From Acaryochloris thomasi RCC1774 (GTDB lineage Bacteria; Cyanobacteriota; Cyanobacteriia; Thermosynechococcales; Thermosynechococcaceae), in contig NZ_PQWO01000035.1 of assembly GCF_003231495.1 (NCBI RefSeq), positions 1,232 to 33,231 on the forward strand: a stretch of DNA of 32,000 nt, read 5' to 3'. Made by a program: the position numbers and the translations under genes. Below, piece by piece: positions 7,289 to 17,495 of the stretch (within the stretch, counting starts at the first letter, position 1; every line of letters begins with the position of its first letter). Below the pieces are notes generated by a model that worked only from the letters and a program-made list of their open reading frames with translations, had not been told where the DNA came from and ran no database searches.

Positions 7289-9043
7289 ATGGGTTCAACA
7301 TTAGAACAGCTCAGTGCCCAGTTTTCGAAGGCGCTGACAGCGGCTTTTGGGCCAGAATTTAGCGAGACAGATCCAATCTTAGGGGTAGCGAGCAACCCGA
7401 GGTTTGGAGACTATCAGGTTAACGTGGCTCTGCCTTTGGCAAAACAGTTAGGGCAGCCTCCGCGTCAGATTGCTGAGAAAATTGTTCAAAATCTGTCGGT
7501 TGACGATTTGTGCGAAGTGCCTACGATCGCAGGTCCGGGCTTCATCAATTTGACGCTGAAACCCAGTTATCTTGAAGATCGGCTGCAGTCAATGCAGGGG
7601 GATGAGCGATTGAGTGTTGCAGTAGCTGCTCCGCCGCAAAAAGTGGTCGTTGATTTTTCTAGCCCTAACATTGCTAAAGAGATGCATGTGGGGCATTTGC
7701 GATCGACGATTATTGGCGACTGCATTGCGCGGGTGCTGGAGTTTCAGGGGCACGATGTCCTGCGTCTCAATCACGTTGGAGATTGGGGAACTCAGTTTGG
7801 AATGCTGATCACCTATCTGCGTGAAGCTTACCCTTCAGCTTTAACCACCTCAGACGCTCTAGATATTGGGGATTTGGTGGCCTTTTATAAGCAATCAAAA
7901 TTACGCTTTGACGCAGATCCAGAGTTTCAAGAAGCCTCTGGTCAGGCGGTCGTCAAGCTGCAGGCTGGCGATCAAGAAACGCTGCAGGCATGGCAGCTCC
8001 TTTGTGATCAGTCACGCCGAGAGTTTGACAAGATCTATCAGCGTCTGGATATTCACCTGACCGAGCGTGGAGAATCATTTTACAATCCGCATCTGGCAGC
8101 GGTGATTGCCGATCTCAAGGAAACCGGACTACTAGTAGAAGACCAGGGTGCTCAGTGCGTTTTTCTAGAAGGGTTCACGAATAAAGATGGCGATCCGCAG
8201 CCCCTCATCGTTCAGAAATCAAATGGGGGCTATAACTATGCCACTACGGACTTAGCCGCTCTGCGCTACCGCATCGGGCAAGATAGTGCGCAGCGAATTA
8301 TTTACATCACCGATGCTGGACAGGCCAATCACTTTGCCCAGGTCTTTCAAGTGGCTCGCCGAGCAGGCTGGATTCCTGATGGGGTTGAGATTGTTCACGT
8401 TCCGTTTGGGGTTGTTCAGGGAGAAGATGGTAAGAAGCTGAAGACGCGGTCAGGTGAAACGGTGCGCTTGCGAGATTTGCTAGACGAAGCGATCGCAAGT
8501 GCTAGGTCGGACCTAGAGCAGCGCATCCAAGCCGAAGAACGCACTGAAACTCCAGAATTTATTGATGAAGTTGCGCGTGTTGTCGGCATGGGGGCCGTCA
8601 AATATGCTGATCTGAGCCAGAACCGCACTAGTAATTACATTTTTAGCTACGACAAGATGCTGGCGCTGCAGGGTAATACGGCTCCCTATCTCATTTATGC
8701 CTATGTTCGAGTGCAGGGCATCAGCCGCAAAGGGAACATTGATTTCTCTCAGCAAAGTCAAATCGATATTCAGCTCAATGAAGAAGCCGAACTCGTGCTG
8801 GCAAAGCACCTGATTCAGCTTGGCGACGTATTAGATCAAGTTGCAGCCGAGCTACTTCCAAACCGCCTGTGTCTTTATCTGTTTGAGCTGAGTCAAAAGT
8901 ATAACCAGTTTTACGATCGCTGTCCGGTCCTTTCATCAGAAGAGCCAGCGCGTACATCACGGCTGGCTCTTTGCGACCTCACAGCGCAGACTCTCAAATT
9001 GGGTCTGTCACTGTTAGGCATTGATGTTGTAGAACGAATGTAA
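7289..9043 (+). CDS. argS: Arginine--tRNA ligase
   Basis: Contains the class I HIGH motif '[13 protein letters not shown]', '[14 protein letters not shown]' and the typical N-terminus '[21 protein letters not shown]'. I moved the start to ATG 7289 because the track's 7226 start overlaps the candidate small ORF in another frame. Confidence 0.93.
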   Translation: MGSTLEQLSAQFSKALTAAFGPEFSETDPILGVASNPRFGDYQVNVALPLAKQLGQPPRQIAEKIVQNLSVDDLCEVPTIAGPGFINLTLKPSYLEDRLQSMQGDERLSVAVAAPPQKVVVDFSSPNIAKEMHVGHLRSTIIGDCIARVLEFQGHDVLRLNHVGDWGTQFGMLITYLREAYPSALTTSDALDIGDLVAFYKQSKLRFDADPEFQEASGQAVVKLQAGDQETLQAWQLLCDQSRREFDKIYQRLDIHLTERGESFYNPHLAAVIADLKETGLLVEDQGAQCVFLEGFTNKDGDPQPLIVQKSNGGYNYATTDLAALRYRIGQDSAQRIIYITDAGQANHFAQVFQVARRAGWIPDGVEIVHVPFGVVQGEDGKKLKTRSGETVRLRDLLDEAIASARSDLEQRIQAEERTETPEFIDEVARVVGMGAVKYADLSQNRTSNYIFSYDKMLALQGNTAPYLIYAYVRVQGISRKGNIDFSQQSQIDIQLNEEAELVLAKHLIQLGDVLDQVAAELLPNRLCLYLFELSQKYNQFYDRCPVLSSEEPARTSRLALCDLTAQTLKLGLSLLGIDVVERM

Positions 9044-9048
9044 GCAGA

Positions 9049-10152
9049 TCAGGCGACTGCTGCTGGAATTTCAACAGGCTGACCGAGGCGTCTCAACCAT
9101 CGATAATTAGAGGCAATTGCGCTGCCGAACGTGTCATAAACATTGTACTGAATCCCATATTCCTCACATACTTCAGCCACAATCGGGGCTAGCTTTGGGT
9201 AGTGGATATGGCAAACGTCTGGAAATAAGTGGTGAATAGTCTGATAGTTAAGACCCCCTAAATACCAGTTGAGAAAGGCATTGTCAGGGGCAAAGTCTGC
9301 GGATGTTTTGACCTGGAGAATGGCCCACTCATCATCGACTTTATTGGTGCTGTAATCGATGTCTGGATAGTCAACCGACTCGACCACATGCGCCAACATA
9401 AATATGGAGACAACAATCAGGCCATAGACCATATGGGAAATCGAGAGGCCAACGAAGATCTCTATAAACGAGTAGCCCTGCCAAGCCGGGATGATAAAAA
9501 AGAAGGCAAAGCTGACAATACGTGGGACAACGAAATCGAAAATATCACTAGCTTTTGGCTTCGGAATGGGATGTCCCAAGTAGCTACCTGAAAAGATAAA
9601 CCGGCGCGTATCTCCCAGAAACCAGTAAAAGGGAATCAAGGGATATAAAAACCAGATGAAATATTGTTGATACTGGTGGTGCCACCGGCGATTCTCGTTG
9701 GGAGATAGTCTGACGGCACCGTCACCCTGAATCTCTACATCTAGTCCCTTAAGGTTGGTGTAAATATGATGGAGTTTGTTGTGGCGAAATCTCCATAAAA
9801 AGCTCGATACCCCAATAAAATCGTGGGTATAACTGAAAAATCGGTTGATGAGGGGATTCTTTGAATAGCTGCCATGGTTTGCGTCATGACCGACGCTCAT
9901 TCCAAATCCAGCGAGGCCAAATCCAAGGGCAATGCAGCCTAGAATTTTCAATGGAATATTGGATGGACCCCAGAGCACAAATGCCCATGATCCCAAGACC
10001 CAGCTATAGATCACTGCGGATTTGAAATACATGGCTGGGTTGTCGTTGGGCCTGATATTATTACTGCTGAAGTAGGAGTCAACTCGCTGACGTAGTGCTT
10101 GTCTAAACTCAGATCGCTGGGCAAACGCCACCTTGGGTTGGCTATTGGACAT
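9049..10152 (-). CDS. desD: Front-end acyl-lipid desaturase, Delta6 (DesD)-like
   Basis: Three His boxes are present: 'HDANHGSYS', 'WRFRHNKLHHIYTN' and 'GGLNYQTIHHLFP'. The third box is QxxHH, which is diagnostic of front-end desaturases. At 367 aa its size and motifs match Synechocystis DesD as I recall it. Regiospecificity is not provable from sequence. Confidence 0.65.
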   Translation of the reverse strand: MSNSQPKVAFAQRSEFRQALRQRVDSYFSSNNIRPNDNPAMYFKSAVIYSWVLGSWAFVLWGPSNIPLKILGCIALGFGLAGFGMSVGHDANHGSYSKNPLINRFFSYTHDFIGVSSFLWRFRHNKLHHIYTNLKGLDVEIQGDGAVRLSPNENRRWHHQYQQYFIWFLYPLIPFYWFLGDTRRFIFSGSYLGHPIPKPKASDIFDFVVPRIVSFAFFFIIPAWQGYSFIEIFVGLSISHMVYGLIVVSIFMLAHVVESVDYPDIDYSTNKVDDEWAILQVKTSADFAPDNAFLNWYLGGLNYQTIHHLFPDVCHIHYPKLAPIVAEVCEEYGIQYNVYDTFGSAIASNYRWLRRLGQPVEIPAAVA

Positions 10153-10494
10153 AATTTTTAGGCACTATTTTTTTCATGCAAATTCATTTTAAGCTGATTG
10201 TGAACCGGCTTTATGAATCTTATATCGGTTGTTTTAGTCCGTTTAAGAAGGAACAAAACAACGGCATGACTATAGCTTATTTAGGCTTGAGCAGGCATCC
10301 TTACTCACTTTCCAGTCAGTTAGCGCATTGACTTTTGTGATTGTCTGTGAATCTCATCAAGGTAGTAGCCTACTAAGCGGTATAAGTTTTAAACTTGCTA
10401 GAAAGTGAGACTAAAAACCTCAGAACTTCGGCTATTTTGTACAGTTATTCTTATGCCTGACGAGAGATCACATCCTTAATACTGATGCTAGCCT

Positions 10495-11667
10495 TTAGTC
10501 GGTGTTTTGGCCTCGATGAGCGGCACCGACAGCTGCGGAGAGACTGGGTAAAGCGTGCTGATCCAGTTTTCTCAATAGTTCTGCCAGGATTTTTCGCACT
10601 ATCCAGGGGCCTTCATAGGTCCAGCCGGTGTAGACCTGTAGAAGACTTGCACCTGCTACTAGCTTCTCCCAGGCGTCGGTTCCGGTGAAGATGCCGCCGA
10701 CGCCAATGATGGGCAGTTGGCCTTGGGTCTGTTGCCAAAGGTGTCGAATAATCTCTGTGGATCGCTGGCGAACCGGACGGCCACTGAGTCCGCCTGCTTC
10801 TTGATCGGGCGGATTGCCTGTGGAGAGGCGCTGCGTTTGCAGTCCCTGACGTTGAATGGTGGTGTTGGTGGCGATGATTCCGGCAAGTTCGTGGGTTTGA
10901 GCGAGGGTTGCGATCGCATCCAAATCTTCCCAAGCTAAATCCGGCGAAATCTTGACCAGCAAAGGTTTATCGCCCTGATTTTCGGTTTGGAGTGCAGTCA
11001 AAATTGGTTCAAGCTGCTCGACGGCCTGCAGCGATCTCAACCCCGGCGTATTGGGGGAGCTGACGTTAACGACAAAGTAATCTCCGTACTCCTTTAGCAA
11101 GCGAAAGCTGCCGAGGTAGTCTTCTGCCGCCTGTTCGAGGGGGGTAATTTTAGATTTACCTAAATTAATGCCGATGGGATGATGATTTTGGGGCCGATGG
11201 TACTGTGATGCAGCGAGCGTGGCGGTCATTTGAGCTGCCCCCTGATTGTTAAAGCCCATGCGGTTGATGGCGGCCTGATCTTGAGGGAGGCGAAACAAGC
11301 GGGGCTTAGGGTTGCCCGGTTGGGCGTGGAAAGTGACGGTGCCCACTTCTGCAAAGCCAAATCCGAAGCTGGGCCACAAATTGGTGGCAACGCCATCCTT
11401 GTCGAAGCCTGCGGCTAGACCCAGCGGGTTCATGAATTCAAGACCCCAAAGCTTTTGGGTTAAGCGCGGATCGCAGATGCTGCACGACTTTTGCCAGCGT
11501 TGAATGGCTGCGGCAGTGAGGTTGCGATGGCCTCCGGCCAGCCTTCGGCTATCGCAGCGACAATTGGCCCAATCACAGGCCCGCATAAATTGGCGATGAA
11601 CCGTTTCAGGGTCGGCTTTCAGTCCAGAGAAAAGGAGCGGTCGGAGCGCCTGTTGATAAAGATCCAT
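10495..11667 (-). CDS. pyrD: Dihydroorotate dehydrogenase (quinone), class 2
   Basis: Contains '[13 protein letters not shown]', 'FAEVGTVT', 'NRMGFNNQG', '[12 protein letters not shown]' and 'IIGVGGI'. The N-terminal extension is typical of membrane-associated class 2 enzymes. Confidence 0.92.
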   Translation of the reverse strand: MDLYQQALRPLLFSGLKADPETVHRQFMRACDWANCRCDSRRLAGGHRNLTAAAIQRWQKSCSICDPRLTQKLWGLEFMNPLGLAAGFDKDGVATNLWPSFGFGFAEVGTVTFHAQPGNPKPRLFRLPQDQAAINRMGFNNQGAAQMTATLAASQYHRPQNHHPIGINLGKSKITPLEQAAEDYLGSFRLLKEYGDYFVVNVSSPNTPGLRSLQAVEQLEPILTALQTENQGDKPLLVKISPDLAWEDLDAIATLAQTHELAGIIATNTTIQRQGLQTQRLSTGNPPDQEAGGLSGRPVRQRSTEIIRHLWQQTQGQLPIIGVGGIFTGTDAWEKLVAGASLLQVYTGWTYEGPWIVRKILAELLRKLDQHALPSLSAAVGAAHRGQNTD

Positions 11668-11671
11668 AAAG

Positions 11672-12394
11672 TTACTCCGTCGCTGACGGCAAAGGCCATC
11701 CCAGGCGAGTGGGCTGCTGATAAATGCGCTTTAAAGTATTAACATCTCGTACTGAAATCTCAGGAGGCGTTCGCACCTGAGCGAAATAGAGAGCGTCCGT
11801 TTCTGATGGGCTGTGTCCCCAAATTCCCAGCGCATGGCCTAATTCATGGCGTACAGAAGCCATCCTGTGGGCTTGGTTTCCAAGCTGGTTCGGGCTGATA
11901 TTAATTCGACAGCGGTGGTCTAGCCGATTGTCGTCATTCACGTATAAGTCGGAACAGCGCGTTTCAGCCGCTCGAACCCGTTCACCACTGCGGCGCTCAG
12001 GCTTTCGGTTCTCAATCAGAATATCTGCAGCGCTAGGCTCCGTCGTCAGCGCTAGCGGTAGGTAGGGTTGCCAATCTTGAATGGCTATCTCTGCTGCCTG
12101 CTGCCAGCCTGTCGCGTCGTTTGAAGCTGTGGCAGGCCCCACATAGACCTGAATCGGAAACTCGCTCCACACGAAGTAGCCCACCCCATTTGGTTGAACT
12201 TGATCAAAATAGTCTCCCTGCTGGGCTGAATCTTCCCAAGCCGCTAAAGACTCAGGCAGTGGATGGACTTGAGCCTCAGGTGCCTGTCGCTGATCTGCGC
12301 CAGCGCTTGGCGACAAATTGTGACCCAGCATCGTGGCAAGGCAGATAACAATGGCTAATACCCAAGGCCAGCTTCTGCGAGCAGTACGGGCCAT
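11672..12394 (-). CDS. Secreted zinc metalloprotease, matrixin (M10)-like
   Basis: It has the N-terminal signal/anchor '[18 protein letters not shown]' and the zinc site '[13 protein letters not shown]' (HExxHxxGxxH). It lies 4 nt upstream of pyrD in the same operon orientation. Confidence 0.7.
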   Translation of the reverse strand: MARTARRSWPWVLAIVICLATMLGHNLSPSAGADQRQAPEAQVHPLPESLAAWEDSAQQGDYFDQVQPNGVGYFVWSEFPIQVYVGPATASNDATGWQQAAEIAIQDWQPYLPLALTTEPSAADILIENRKPERRSGERVRAAETRCSDLYVNDDNRLDHRCRINISPNQLGNQAHRMASVRHELGHALGIWGHSPSETDALYFAQVRTPPEISVRDVNTLKRIYQQPTRLGWPLPSATE

Positions 12395-12400
12395 GAAGCT

Positions 12401-12625
12401 CTATCCGAGCCAACCTGCGCTGAGGACGACCGTTAGCCCCATATAGAGCGCCACCAGTGTCCAAGTGGCGCGATTGAGCGTGGTTTCTGCACTTTTGGTG
12501 CTGGTAAACAGTTGGGCTTGTCCCCCAATGCCTAGACCTTCTCCCTTGGGGCTGTGTAATAAAACAAGAACAATAGAGCCAACGGCAGAAAAGGCCCAAA
12601 CGCCCTGCAGGATCTTAATCAGCAT
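12401..12625 (-). CDS. secG: Preprotein translocase subunit SecG
   Basis: 74 aa with two TM helices joined by a Gly-rich loop, 'LLHSPKGEGLGIGGQAQLFTSTKSAE', the typical SecG pattern. Confidence 0.8.
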   Translation of the reverse strand: MLIKILQGVWAFSAVGSIVLVLLHSPKGEGLGIGGQAQLFTSTKSAETTLNRATWTLVALYMGLTVVLSAGWLG

Positions 12626-12720
12626 AGTGATAGTAAAAACGTAGGTAAGGTCTGTGCCAGAATTAGCACGTCAAAAGACAAGTGATAAAATCACTTCCAA
12701 TCAGTATAGCCTGCTCGCCG

Positions 12721-14325
12721 TTAGAGACGAATTCGCACGGGTCCCTTATTCTGATTTACGTCAAAGCCAGCAGCTTCAATGATGGAATGCCCGGTCATCT
12801 CATCGGGTTTTGGAAGCTGCAGAATATCTAGAATCGTGGGTGCGATATCGGCCAAACAGCCATTGTCTCGCAGCGGTACCTCGGTACCGTGACCCGGAAT
12901 TTTGCGACCCTCCCCCTCCACCAAAATAAACGGAACTGGATTGGTGGTATGGGCGGTCCAGGGGTTGCCATTCTCGTCCCACATCAGTTCGGCATTGCCG
13001 TGATCTGCGGTGATTAGCAGGGTGCCACCAACTTTGATTACCTTGTCGAGCAAGTGTCCCAGATTCTGATCCACTGTTTCCGTGGCTTCTATCGTGGCCT
13101 CCATTTTGCCGGTATGCCCCACCATATCGGTGTTGGCATAGTTGAGAACCACGAGAGAATAGATGCCTTTTTGAATCGATGCGATGGCTTTATCAGTCAC
13201 TTCGGGGGCCGACATCGCGGGCTGTTGATCGTAAGTTGACACCATGGGGCTGGCTACCATAATCCGATCTTCTCCCGGTAGCGGATCTTCAATGCCGCCG
13301 TTAAAGAAATAGGTGACATGGGCGTACTTTTCGGTTTCAGCAATCCGTAGCTGTTTGAGGTTGTGGGCGGCGATTACTTCCCCCAAAATATGCGTGAGAT
13401 CCTGAGGGGCAAACGCAACTTTAGCTGAAAAGCGAGGATCGTACTGCGTGAAAGTGGTGAAGCTCAGCGGCTCAATGTACGGGCGTTCAAAGGCATCAAA
13501 TTTGGGATCGATGAAGGCGCGGGTAAGCTGACGTGCTCGGTCGGGGCGAAAGTTGAAAAAGATGACGCCATCTCCCGCTTCAATGGTACCGTCAGCGATC
13601 CGCGTGGGCGGTAAAAATTCATCTGTAATCTCGTGGTCGTAGGCATCGTTGATCACATCGAGTGCTGACCAATCGCGGGGAAAGGAGAGATCGTCCTGGG
13701 TGAGTACTCGATAGGCTTTTTCAACGCGGTCCCAGCGATTGTCGCGGTCCATGGCGTAGTAGCGACCACTGAGGGTCACAATTCTGCCGATGCCGCTGTG
13801 GGCTAGCTCTGCCTGAAGCCGCTGAATTTCTTGATGACCTTGGGTGGGTGGAGTATCTCGACCGTCTAGAATGGCGTGAATACAAACGTCTTTGATGCCC
13901 TGCTCTTTGGCTAAATCTAGGAGGGCAATTAGATGGTTGACGTGGGCATGAACACCCCCCTGGGAACAGAGACCGATTAAATGCAGTTTGCTGTCATTCT
14001 GGACCACGGTCTGACAGGTCTGGGTGAGCGCTTCATTTTTGAGGAAGCTCCGATCTTCAATGGCATCGGCGATCCGAACCAACTCTTGAGGCACTGTGCG
14101 ACCCGCCCCAATATTGAGGTGTCCCACTTCAGAATTGCCCATCTGGCCTGCGGGAAGACCCACGGCTTTTCCTGAAGTTTCGATCAGGGTGCTGGGATAG
14201 GTTTCAAAAAGGCTGTCGACAACGGGGGTCTTCGCAGTTGCGATCGCATTTCCATCACTGCTTTCGCGGTAGCCCCAGCCATCTAATATGACCAAAACCA
14301 CCGGGGAGATGGGTGTCAATGTCAT
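12721..14325 (-). CDS. gpmI: 2,3-bisphosphoglycerate-independent phosphoglycerate mutase
   Basis: Contains 'VLVILDGWG', the catalytic-Ser region 'MGNSEVGHLNIGAGR' and 'ADHGNAE'. Length is 534 aa. Confidence 0.95.
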   Translation of the reverse strand: MTLTPISPVVLVILDGWGYRESSDGNAIATAKTPVVDSLFETYPSTLIETSGKAVGLPAGQMGNSEVGHLNIGAGRTVPQELVRIADAIEDRSFLKNEALTQTCQTVVQNDSKLHLIGLCSQGGVHAHVNHLIALLDLAKEQGIKDVCIHAILDGRDTPPTQGHQEIQRLQAELAHSGIGRIVTLSGRYYAMDRDNRWDRVEKAYRVLTQDDLSFPRDWSALDVINDAYDHEITDEFLPPTRIADGTIEAGDGVIFFNFRPDRARQLTRAFIDPKFDAFERPYIEPLSFTTFTQYDPRFSAKVAFAPQDLTHILGEVIAAHNLKQLRIAETEKYAHVTYFFNGGIEDPLPGEDRIMVASPMVSTYDQQPAMSAPEVTDKAIASIQKGIYSLVVLNYANTDMVGHTGKMEATIEATETVDQNLGHLLDKVIKVGGTLLITADHGNAELMWDENGNPWTAHTTNPVPFILVEGEGRKIPGHGTEVPLRDNGCLADIAPTILDILQLPKPDEMTGHSIIEAAGFDVNQNKGPVRIRL

Positions 14326-14641
14326 ACCGATTGCTTTTCCTCACGGATGCATTTTGTTGCAATCATAACATTATTAGAAATGAGCTTAAAACACCCCTAG
14401 GCCTGGTTCTTAGGTTGAATTTCAGGAAAACCTTAGCTGGACCCCGAGGAGTTTGCGTAAGCGGGAGTACAAAATTTAGATTAGTTGATTTGACAATACA
14501 GGTCTGAGTATTTCTACGTCAAACTTCTCGATATGATGTTGCCTGCAGTTGAGTTAATAGAGATTGCAGTACGCCCCAAACGCCCCCTGCTGTCCCCTGC
14601 CAGGTGTAGACTAGCGGTTGAATTTTGCAGGGGCAAAAAAG

Positions 14642-14914
14642 ATGAGCGATTCAAGCGAACGCCAGAGATACTGGCGAGCCAATATAGCTTTGATCCGGAA
14701 TTTGTTGTTGGTATGGGCTGGGGTGTCCATTGGCTTGAGCATTTTGCTAGTTCAGCCCCTCAATCAGATTTATCTAGGGCGTTTGCCCCTTGGCTTTTGG
14801 ATGGCTCAGCAGGGATCAATCTTCGTTTTTGTCATCTTGATCTTCATCTACGCCACTCAAATGGACAAGCTTGATCGTCGGTTCAACAGTAAAGGGCAAA
14901 ATCATGACCGTTGA
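14642..14914 (+). CDS. DUF4212 small membrane subunit of a sodium:solute symporter
   Basis: 'YWRANIALIRNLLLVWAGVSIG...LGRLPLGFWMAQQGSIFVFVILIFIYATQMDKLDRRF' matches the DUF4212 pattern. It overlaps the start of the symporter gene by 11 nt. I chose ATG 14642. Confidence 0.8.
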   Translation: MSDSSERQRYWRANIALIRNLLLVWAGVSIGLSILLVQPLNQIYLGRLPLGFWMAQQGSIFVFVILIFIYATQMDKLDRRFNSKGQNHDR

Positions 14915-16586
14915 AGTTTGGACGATTCTCTTTGTCGGCATTACGTTCATGATCTACCTGTATATTGGCTGGCGATCGCGGGTCAAAGATACGAAGGGCT
15001 TTTTCGTCGCCGATCAGGGCGTTCCAGCCATTGCCAACGGGGCAGCCACTGCCGCTGATTGGATGTCGGCAGCTTCGTTTATCTCCATGGCGGGCCTGAT
15101 CTCTTTCCTTGGCTATGACGGCTCTATCTATTTAATGGGCTGGACCGGAGGCTACGTGCTTTTGGCGCTGCTCTTGGCCCCCTATCTGCGTAAGTTTGGT
15201 AAGTATACGGTGCCTGATTTTGTTGGGGATCGCTACTACTCTAACTGGGCCAGATTAGTGGCGGTGGTTGCCGCTCTGTTTGTTTCACTCACCTACGTTG
15301 CCGGTCAGATGCGAGGTGTGGGGATCGTGTTCAGCCGTTTTTTGCAGGTAGATGTCAATACCGGTGTCGTAATTGGCATGGTGATTGTGGCCTTCTTCGC
15401 CATTTTGGGCGGCATGAAGGGGATCACCTGGACGCAGGTGGCGCAGTATTCGATTTTGATTGTGGCCTATCTGATCCCAGCCGTTGCGATCGCATATCAG
15501 CTCACCGGCAACCCTGTGCCTCAGATCGCCTTCACCTTTAGCGATATCGTCGATAAGCTCAACGCAGTCCAGTTAGATTTGGGCTTTCAGGAATATACCC
15601 AGCCCTTTGCTAACAAGTCGATGCTGGATATTTTGATGATTACGGTTGCTCTGATGGTGGGAACCGCGGGCTTGCCCCACGTGATCGTCCGGTTCTATAC
15701 CGTTCCTAATGTTCGGGCCGCGCGCTATTCTGCTGGCTGGGCATTGCTGTTCATTGCAATTCTGTATACCACCGCGCCCGCCGTGGCCTCCTTTGCCCGC
15801 TATAACCTAATCGATACGCTCCACGATCAAAAAATTGAGGAAGTGCGGCAGCTCGACTGGGTCACCAAATGGGAAAACACAGGCCTACTGACCTTGGAAG
15901 ATAAAAACAGTGACGGCACAATTTCGCTCACCCCAGACGAGGAAACCTCCGAAATTACCATTGACCGAGACATCATTGTGCTATCGACACCAGAAGTGGC
16001 AAAGCTTGCCCCCTGGGTTGTCGCTTTAGTGGCTGCCGGAGGCTTAGCCGCGGCTCTCTCTACGGCGTCTGGGCTGTTGCTTGTGATCTCTAGCTCCATT
16101 GCCCACGATGTTTATTACCGGATGATTAATCCCGATGCTTCAGAAGCGAAGCGAGTATTCGTGGGGCGGCTGATGGTGGGCTTTGCTATTGCCATCGCAG
16201 GTTATTTCGGCATCAATCCACCGGGGTTCGTGGCTCAAGTTGTCGCCTTTGCCTTTGGCTTAGCGGCAGCAAGCTTCTTTCCCGTTATCTTGCTGGGCAT
16301 TTTCGATAAGCGCACCAACCGAGAAGGGGCGATTTCAGGCATGCTGGTGGGTCTTTTGTTCACCACCTTCTATATAGTCGGTATTAAGTTCGGCGGTATG
16401 GAACCTTGGTTATGGGGCATCTCAGCCGAAGGCATTGGTACGATTGGGATGCTGCTGAATTTAGTTGTGACCCTAGTGGTTTCCCGGCTGACGCCGCCGC
16501 CGCCACCAGAGATTCAGGCATTGGTTGAGAACCTACGAACCCCTAGTGAAGCTCCCCTTGCCCTTACTGATATTGAGGAAGAATAG
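14904..16586 (+). CDS. Sodium:solute symporter family permease (ActP / VC_2705-like large subunit)
   Basis: About 560 aa and polytopic. SSS-type segments include 'ADQGVPAIANGAATAADWMSAASFISMAG' and 'GLPHVIVRFYT'. It is paired with DUF4212. I chose ATG 14904. Confidence 0.85.
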   Translation: MTVEVWTILFVGITFMIYLYIGWRSRVKDTKGFFVADQGVPAIANGAATAADWMSAASFISMAGLISFLGYDGSIYLMGWTGGYVLLALLLAPYLRKFGKYTVPDFVGDRYYSNWARLVAVVAALFVSLTYVAGQMRGVGIVFSRFLQVDVNTGVVIGMVIVAFFAILGGMKGITWTQVAQYSILIVAYLIPAVAIAYQLTGNPVPQIAFTFSDIVDKLNAVQLDLGFQEYTQPFANKSMLDILMITVALMVGTAGLPHVIVRFYTVPNVRAARYSAGWALLFIAILYTTAPAVASFARYNLIDTLHDQKIEEVRQLDWVTKWENTGLLTLEDKNSDGTISLTPDEETSEITIDRDIIVLSTPEVAKLAPWVVALVAAGGLAAALSTASGLLLVISSSIAHDVYYRMINPDASEAKRVFVGRLMVGFAIAIAGYFGINPPGFVAQVVAFAFGLAAASFFPVILLGIFDKRTNREGAISGMLVGLLFTTFYIVGIKFGGMEPWLWGISAEGIGTIGMLLNLVVTLVVSRLTPPPPPEIQALVENLRTPSEAPLALTDIEEE

Positions 16587-16596
16587 CTCAACTAGC

Positions 16597-17139
16597 TTAT
16601 TCGGGAGCTATCACAGCTGTTAACCAAGGTCGGCTATTGGCGATGCCTAGCAGATGTTGGATGGCATGGATATCGATGCCGAATTCTTCTCTCAGTTGAG
16701 TGACTCTACAGCTAAGATACTCCGAATAATCTAACTTGTTAAGACACTTAACCATTGTTCGCCGACCAAATCTGAAACCCCAATCAAAGAGCATTAAGTG
16801 TGCTGGAGTAAATCTGTATGGCTTGGGATACAAAAGTCTTGCTGCAAATTTGAAGGCATGCACATGTTGCTCATTGGTGTCTGGATCATTACCCATCGTA
16901 AATCCAACGATAAAAGCTTCATCCTCAGCTGATATTCCTCGATCTAAAAGAATATGAAGGTAGTCATGCTCACGCAGATAAATTTGCCCCGGAAACGATA
17001 GCGGACTTGCAGGATTTTCAAGTAGCCAAACAGGTAAAGGAATACTGTGTTGTGGATCACCCGAAAATGCTGAGTAAGCTTCGTTGAGGGTGAAATCAAT
17101 AGTTGGCTCATCTACCGGGACGATTAGCTGATTAACCAT
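16597..17139 (-). CDS. Hypothetical protein with Coq4-type HDxxH-x11-E putative metal-binding motif
   Basis: 180 aa. Residues H58-D59-Y-L-H62, then 11 residues, then E74 ('EHDYLHILLDRGISAEDEAFIVGF') match the Coq4-family motif exactly in spacing. The assignment rests on the motif only. Confidence 0.45.
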   Translation of the reverse strand: MVNQLIVPVDEPTIDFTLNEAYSAFSGDPQHSIPLPVWLLENPASPLSFPGQIYLREHDYLHILLDRGISAEDEAFIVGFTMGNDPDTNEQHVHAFKFAARLLYPKPYRFTPAHLMLFDWGFRFGRRTMVKCLNKLDYSEYLSCRVTQLREEFGIDIHAIQHLLGIANSRPWLTAVIAPE

Positions 17140-17495
17140 CGGTAAATCCCCATGCAGTCAACGAAGAAAAATAGGGATATTGAGTAAACCATCATGGTCT
17201 GGTCTTGTTCCTTTATGCTGGCCATCACGAGCTGGCCAGAACTTAAGCCTAAAAATATAAAGCCATAGCCACTGACGGGTATATTAGCTGCAAGCAATAT
17301 ACCTCCAAGAATGGCAAAGAAACTGCTAGATAACTTTAGGTATTTTGTGAGAGGGCTTTTCCTAATAAGAATTGTTTTAGGTGTTTCCTCTGCAAAGTCC
17401 ATTATGTGGTGGAGCTTAGAGTCAGTATATGGATTCCTCTCTGACTCTGTAGCGATGATCTCAGAAGTTTCTTGTGGATCCTCAGATACCAGCAT
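17124..17495 (-). CDS. Hypothetical small membrane protein (acidic N-terminus plus three predicted TM helices)
   Basis: 123 aa. The TM segments are 'FFAILGGILLAANI', 'YGFIFLGLSSGQLVMASI' and 'MMVYSISLFFFVDCMGIY'. A 16-nt overlap with the downstream Coq4-like ORF suggests translational coupling. G+C is about 38 %. Confidence 0.5.
   Translation of the reverse strand: MLVSEDPQETSEIIATESERNPYTDSKLHHIMDFAEETPKTILIRKSPLTKYLKLSSSFFAILGGILLAANIPVSGYGFIFLGLSSGQLVMASIKEQDQTMMVYSISLFFFVDCMGIYRWLIS

Noticed and set aside
10613-10933. 106-aa and 86-aa minus-strand ORFs and a 73-aa plus-strand ORF inside pyrD
   Set aside because: These are alternative frames of a confidently identified gene, and their composition is biased (Arg/Ser/Pro/His-rich).
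12680-12696. 7-bp hairpin (aagtgat-aaa-atcactt) followed on the minus strand by gUCUUUUga, between gpmI and secG
   Set aside because: The stem is all-weak and AT-rich with an interrupted U tract. That is not enough to call a terminator.
14533-14874. 113-aa plus-strand ORF overlapping the DUF4212 gene
   Set aside because: It is in a different frame from a gene with a clear family match, and it starts in the promoter and leader region.
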